NCBI GenBank assembly: GCA_016933335.1
Contig: JAFGBD010000025.1
Coordinates: 65,250 to 129,249 of the forward strand
Direction: 5' to 3'
DNA length: 64,000 nucleotides
Source: Bacteroidales bacterium
GTDB taxonomy: Bacteria > Bacteroidota > Bacteroidia > Bacteroidales > UBA10428
The notes below the pieces were generated by a model, which was not told where the DNA came from, ran no database searches, and worked only from the letters and a program-made list of their open reading frames with translations. This document shows, one piece after another, positions 59,297-64,000 of the stretch. Both the position numbers and the translations under genes were made by a program. The number at the start of each line of letters is the position of its first letter. Positions within the stretch are counted from its first letter, which is position 1.

Positions 59297-59707
59297 ATAC
59301 GTTACATATTAAATATATTATTTACTATTAATTTTTTATTAATAGGGATATATATCATATTTCAAAATAATCCTTTATCTGATTTTTTGCACAGGTTTTA
59401 TGGCTATTTATGCCATCAGGGTGAGAATCTGAATCTTTTCAATCATAATATTGTTTTACCGCTGTGCTTTCGATGCCTTGGCATTCACATCTTTCTATTC
59501 ACCGGAGGCTGGATTTATGAGTTTTTTATATATAAAACAAAACACAGGATATCAGCCTGGTTTTTAGTCGTTGGAACGTTGCCAATGATTATCGATGGAA
59601 TCTTTAATATCTCAAAATCGGTTAATTGCGATTTTCTGGCATTCATCTCTGGCTCATTGTTTGGTTTTACCTGCAGCATAATTATCTTGCAGGGTATTTC
59701 AAAATAA
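59297..59707 (+). CDS. DUF2085-like membrane protein (start uncertain)
   Basis: YLCHQ...LPLCFRCLGI, LPMIIDG and ISGSLFG motifs; the frame is open from 59285 with a hydrophobic helix, but the first canonical start is TTG 59387. Confidence 0.7.
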   Translation: MRYILNILFTINFLLIGIYIIFQNNPLSDFLHRFYGYLCHQGENLNLFNHNIVLPLCFRCLGIHIFLFTGGWIYEFFIYKTKHRISAWFLVVGTLPMIIDGIFNISKSVNCDFLAFISGSLFGFTCSIIILQGISK

Positions 59708-59918
59708 CTTCCTGTAATCTATCGAAGCTTATTAATGCGGAACTGAATAGTGAATATAATTAATTATCTAAAAAACAGATTATTAAATAAATATATTCAG
59801 GAGATTACTACATCATAACATTCAGGCAATTCCTGCTGCTTTCTAGTCTTAAAAAGAGTTGGTTTCTTTCTTTTAAAATCCATAATTTTAACGGACAAAA
59901 AACCTTATAACAAATTCT

Positions 59919-61778
59919 ATGGGAACAATTCACATAAAGGTCCGATTTTTAAGCATGATCTTGCTGGTTACTGCTTTTGTTTCATGTAAACAAAAGACTA
60001 TACAGCCGGTTGAAATTGCTCATGGCCCGGTAAAAAGAGTATATGAGTTACCTGATGTCAAAGGCAAGATTTACTATGTTGCTCCTGATGGCAAAGCTGA
60101 TGCGGATGGTACGGACATTAACCAGCCTGCCTCAATTGAAACGGTCATCTCAAAGGTCATTACAGGTGACGCCATCATTATGCGCGGGGGAGTTTACCGG
60201 ACTGGCAATCTCACATTTAATCAGGGAATAACCATACAACCTTACCGTGATGAACAACCGGTGCTGAAAGGTACGCTTGTGGCTGGTAACTGGCAAAAGA
60301 TTAATGACAGCTTATGGGTAACCAACTGGGAATACCTTTTCCCGGCTGGTCCGGAAGATTGGTGGAGAAGAGAAAGGGAAGAAAAATTCACTCCATTGCA
60401 CCGCTTTAATAACGACGGGGTTTTCATTGACGGCAATTACCTCCAGTCTTCCGGCAATAAAGAGGAAGTTAATGAAGGTACCTTCTGTGTTGATTATAAA
60501 GCAAGACAAATATATATTGGAGTAGATCCTGCTGACAGGCTTGTAGAAATAACTGCCTTCAGAAAAGCCATTTTCAGAACAACCGGAAAAGTCCACGGGA
60601 AAGTGTCAGATAAAAGGGGCCCAAAGATATACGGTTTGGAGATCACCCAGTATCCTGACACGATGGTACATATTGACGGATACTACCCAAAAGGCATTTC
60701 ATCCGAAGAGCAGCATGGAAAAGATGTGGTGGGTACTTTATTTGAAAATTGTACCTTCTCAGACTGTTTCAGAATCGGCGTTTTTGCCATTGGTGACAGC
60801 CTTATTATGCGAAATTGCAAAGTCCGGAACACCAATACCGAAGGTGTTTATATTGTTGCTTCCGCAGACATACTGCTCGAAAGAAATATTTTTGCATATA
60901 ACAATATAGAAAAATGGACAGGCTTTTTCCCTGCGGCGGTTAAAATTTTCAATCAGACCAGCCGTGCAACCTGCAGGGAAAATCTGATAATTGACCATCC
61001 GTTTTCAAATGGGATCTGGTATGATGTTGGAAACATCGACGGGGTATTTGTGAATAACAGGTTAGAAAAAATCGGGGCCATTGATGGACTGTTTCGTGAC
61101 GATCAGGTCTGGCCCAGCAATAACGCTTTCTTTTTTGAAATATCCAAAGGAGCCATTTGTGCAGGCAACGTTTTTCTGAACTGCGATCAGGTTCTTATTT
61201 TAAACAGCTGTGATGTTAAGGTTTACAACAACACATTTATTAACAGCCGTGCCTGTTTTGGACGTAATTCACGAGGTGATGAAGCCGATCATTTTGGCTG
61301 GCATATAACAACAGGACCAGGTGTAGATGAGCGGGAAGGTCATGTATTTATAAATAACCTTATTGTGATGGAAGAGGACTATCCAAAACCACAATTATAT
61401 GTCTGGCAACCGTCATATATGTGTCAGCGCCTGAATAAGCCTCAGCTGGCAGCATTGGATCATAACATATATGTAAGGCGTTTAAACACAAAAAACGCCC
61501 CTCTGATGCTTTGGAGCCCTGCCGGTAATGAGAAATGCCAGGCTGTCATTCATTCAACCGGAGAAATAACGGAGTTATATCCTGATTTTTCACAAAACAG
61601 CAATTATCTAAAGGATTACCATAAACCGGTTTTTGCTGATGCAGTAAATGGTGATTTTCATTTATTGAAAGAATTTACTGACAAAAACAAAGGAACAAGC
61701 CTTCCTGACGAAGTAATCAACGCTATGGGATTAATTGGTCAGAAGGCTGCATTTATTGGTGCTTATCCGGTGAAATAA
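59919..61778 (+). CDS. Right-handed parallel beta-helix lipoprotein (pectin lyase-like)
   Basis: Lipobox FVSC; YYVAPDG, GDAIIMRGGVYR, NGIWYDVGN and Asn-ladder repeats. Confidence 0.85.
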   Translation: MGTIHIKVRFLSMILLVTAFVSCKQKTIQPVEIAHGPVKRVYELPDVKGKIYYVAPDGKADADGTDINQPASIETVISKVITGDAIIMRGGVYRTGNLTFNQGITIQPYRDEQPVLKGTLVAGNWQKINDSLWVTNWEYLFPAGPEDWWRREREEKFTPLHRFNNDGVFIDGNYLQSSGNKEEVNEGTFCVDYKARQIYIGVDPADRLVEITAFRKAIFRTTGKVHGKVSDKRGPKIYGLEITQYPDTMVHIDGYYPKGISSEEQHGKDVVGTLFENCTFSDCFRIGVFAIGDSLIMRNCKVRNTNTEGVYIVASADILLERNIFAYNNIEKWTGFFPAAVKIFNQTSRATCRENLIIDHPFSNGIWYDVGNIDGVFVNNRLEKIGAIDGLFRDDQVWPSNNAFFFEISKGAICAGNVFLNCDQVLILNSCDVKVYNNTFINSRACFGRNSRGDEADHFGWHITTGPGVDEREGHVFINNLIVMEEDYPKPQLYVWQPSYMCQRLNKPQLAALDHNIYVRRLNTKNAPLMLWSPAGNEKCQAVIHSTGEITELYPDFSQNSNYLKDYHKPVFADAVNGDFHLLKEFTDKNKGTSLPDEVINAMGLIGQKAAFIGAYPVK

Positions 61779-61801
61779 CTGAACACGCTTTTTGCAAAGA
61801 G

Positions 61802-61828
61802 TAATGAAGTAAAAAAACCACTTCATTA
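61802..61828. terminator. Possible hairpin terminator between convergent genes
   Basis: taatgaagt / acttcatta inverted repeat; AT-rich stem. Confidence 0.45.
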
Positions 61829-62860
61829 ATTTTTACATATTTTCCCTGTTAGAACACTGTTACCGGTAATGATATTAATAATATACTGTGCACCGGACTT
61901 ATCGGTAAAATCAAGCTTAATGGTATTAGGACCGGCATCCAGGTAACCAGATTCCAAAGTTTCTATAATTTTCCCTGTAATATCATATATATTTAACCGT
62001 ACCTTTCCGGGAGCATCTAGTGCAAAGGATACATTTACAATTCCTTTTGCCGGATTTGGCAGAATATTCAAATAATTTTTCGTCAGGTCTATGGGGTTTT
62101 TTATTGCATTTACATTACCAGCTGCCCACTCCAGAGACTTATGAATTATGTTATTAAAATCATTGGTGGCAAATGTACCCATACCAGGATTGATGGCCCC
62201 AAAAACGACAATATTGACAGGAATTGTGGTACTGCTGCCGGTTACCACTGAACCTGCAGGAATGGCCCATAATGTAGGGAAATCAGCCATAACAGCATCC
62301 TGGAATGTAGCCAGCTTTATTACACCTTCCATCGTTTGATCCAGCTTGCATCCGGTTACACCTAAATTATTTATCTCAGCAGTTGTCCAGGCTACTTCTG
62401 CATATTCTTCGTACGCAGATGTAATATAATGCTCTGCGTTATTGATGATCAAAGTCTTTACTCCGTCAGTTCTCTCTCCGCTTCCTGACTGGTGAAACTC
62501 AGTATCATTATTCGTTATGAAAGCCCATTTATCAGATCTTACCGCATAACCTTCAGTCGTTACACATGGTATGGGAAATCCGGCGGTTGCATAGGCAACA
62601 GCATCTCCCGATCCCACTATTTCTGAAATATAAACAGCATCATAATCTGCATATTTATCTGCAGTTACATAAGAACTCTTGAAAGTAGAAGCATCAACAT
62701 TTGTTATGACCCATCCTTCAAACGAAAGATAATTCATCAGTGCAATATCACAATCTGCTGTAACATCGCCAACCCACAATAAAAATGTCTGACCAAAGGC
62801 AGCTTTACTGAATAGCAATAATGTTAAAAATAAGAAAATCTTGTAAAGTTTTGTTTTCAT
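61826..62860 (-). CDS. T9SS type A sorting domain-containing hypothetical protein
   Basis: Signal peptide ending AFG-Q; alpha/beta domain ending SLEWAAG; CTD LPNPAKG...IYDITGK. Confidence 0.85.
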   Translation of the reverse strand: MKTKLYKIFLFLTLLLFSKAAFGQTFLLWVGDVTADCDIALMNYLSFEGWVITNVDASTFKSSYVTADKYADYDAVYISEIVGSGDAVAYATAGFPIPCVTTEGYAVRSDKWAFITNNDTEFHQSGSGERTDGVKTLIINNAEHYITSAYEEYAEVAWTTAEINNLGVTGCKLDQTMEGVIKLATFQDAVMADFPTLWAIPAGSVVTGSSTTIPVNIVVFGAINPGMGTFATNDFNNIIHKSLEWAAGNVNAIKNPIDLTKNYLNILPNPAKGIVNVSFALDAPGKVRLNIYDITGKIIETLESGYLDAGPNTIKLDFTDKSGAQYIINIITGNSVLTGKICKN

Positions 62861-62934
62861 AGTATTTTGGATTTAGTTACTCAAAAGCGACTTTTGAATA
62901 TTAAATATAAATAAAAAAAAGTGTTTTTTTAAAA

Positions 62935-63999
62935 TTATTTATATCTATATATTTTAACACGTTGAATACCATGATTAAAACCCCTGAATTGCAAGCCGCT
63001 ACCCGATTGGTTGACATCGGCGGCAGCTCCCAGGTCGTATCTTAATAAAATATCATCACCGCTAAGTTTACGCTCCGGAATCCACTGTCCGTTATCAAAC
63101 CTGCCTGCTTCAACCCATGAAAGTCCGGCTATCGGATCACCGGGAGTGACGGGTGTAAAAATTATCCTGATATCATATCCTGAAACAAGATATTCATCAG
63201 GTCCGGTGGCAATAAATATGCCATAGCCGAGTTCAGCAACCTGTTCAGGATTACGGCGATTTCGCCATCGCTCAACTCCTATTTTATAGTTGCCCAGATA
63301 AATATCCTGAGTTTGTTTATTTGAATTCAGCCATGCTGCTGCAATTGTACCTTTTCCCTGGTGTTCAAGAATAACTGGTGATAATTGTCGGAGTATTTTG
63401 TATGCTTTGGCCAGAGGTAACTCTTCAAGGTCCTCAGGAGGTTTTACAGAAGCATCCGGACGTGGTATAACAAAACGGGCAGTGTTATCCACACCCATTG
63501 CTGAATATCCAATTGCATCATGTTGTCCGATTGCATAAAAAGCATTTGCTGCACCGGTAATGTCACCTCTTGATTCAGGCACAAACAACGGATTACCATA
63601 GCGGTTAAACAATGCTGCCCATTCGTCGAAGTTAGGCAGATAGATGTCCGGGGCATTAATGTCAATGCCTGGTGCGCCAGCCTTCCAAATGCTGATAGTG
63701 AGGGGTTCAGGACCACCGCTTGGATAATCGCCGGGGCCTTTATCCCCGGGCTGTACAATCCATGAGTTTGTAAACACGGGCAGGGGATATTCGGCTTTGC
63801 CTGCTGCTGCCATAATATTCATATATTGCGAATAATTCCATGCCATAAAAATTTCATCGGTGGCAGGTGTTTTACCAAAAACCTCCTGCCAGGTTCCGTT
63901 TGTTTTAAAACCGGCATCTCCCCATACCATAAGTAATTCGGGCATAATCGAATCCTTTTTATTTTGTAAATAATCCATCAGTTCATCCGGAACAGATGA
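62935..63999 (-). CDS. GH35-like beta-galactosidase with DUF5597 domain, C-terminal part (runs off the right edge)
   Basis: DEIFMAW, AGKAEYPLP, PGDYPSGGP, APDIY, NPLFVPE, W..ERKLSGD; the frame stays open to the window end. Confidence 0.85.
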   Translation of the reverse strand, partial: SSVPDELMDYLQNKKDSIMPELLMVWGDAGFKTNGTWQEVFGKTPATDEIFMAWNYSQYMNIMAAAGKAEYPLPVFTNSWIVQPGDKGPGDYPSGGPEPLTISIWKAGAPGIDINAPDIYLPNFDEWAALFNRYGNPLFVPESRGDITGAANAFYAIGQHDAIGYSAMGVDNTARFVIPRPDASVKPPEDLEELPLAKAYKILRQLSPVILEHQGKGTIAAAWLNSNKQTQDIYLGNYKIGVERWRNRRNPEQVAELGYGIFIATGPDEYLVSGYDIRIIFTPVTPGDPIAGLSWVEAGRFDNGQWIPERKLSGDDILLRYDLGAAADVNQSGSGLQFRGFNHGIQRVKIYRYK

Positions 64000-64000
64000 G

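Noticed and set aside
1-64000. Mobile elements, prophage, tRNA/rRNA, defence systems
   Set aside because: No transposase, integrase, phage, restriction-modification or cas ORFs, and no tRNA/rRNA motifs recognised by eye.

Overview
64-kb chromosomal segment of a Bacteroidota (probably Bacteroidales-type) organism. The assignment rests on five proteins with T9SS type A C-terminal sorting domains, TAnnTTTG -7 promoter elements and AT-rich, mostly SD-less leaders. Housekeeping genes (mnmE, sucD, fabG, tyrA-like, metA, relA-like, plsC, yhhQ, yciH, hflKC) are mixed with scattered plant-cell-wall CAZymes (GH74, GH51, PL4, GH31-PA14, GH35-like, beta-helix protein), with no SusC/SusD pair. There is also an ABC-2 operon facing a LytS/pseudo-LytS/LytTR module, and a small accessory patch near 57-60 kb. 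I found no rRNA, tRNA, CRISPR array, transposase, integrase or phage gene. Best leads: (1) a compact ~122-nt structured, switch-like non-coding element between yciH and the queuosine-precursor transporter yhhQ that lacks the preQ1-I motif; (2) a divergent gene pair whose larger gene looks like a sigma54-activator-type GAF/lid/HTH protein lacking the AAA+ core, with repeated TTAAG/CTTAA sites; (3) a small DP-motif beta protein tightly coupled to a TPR sensor kinase; (4) a kinase/pseudokinase/LytTR module with a 21-bp-period direct repeat upstream of a helical-repeat protein. All family calls are by eye from motifs; no database searches were run.
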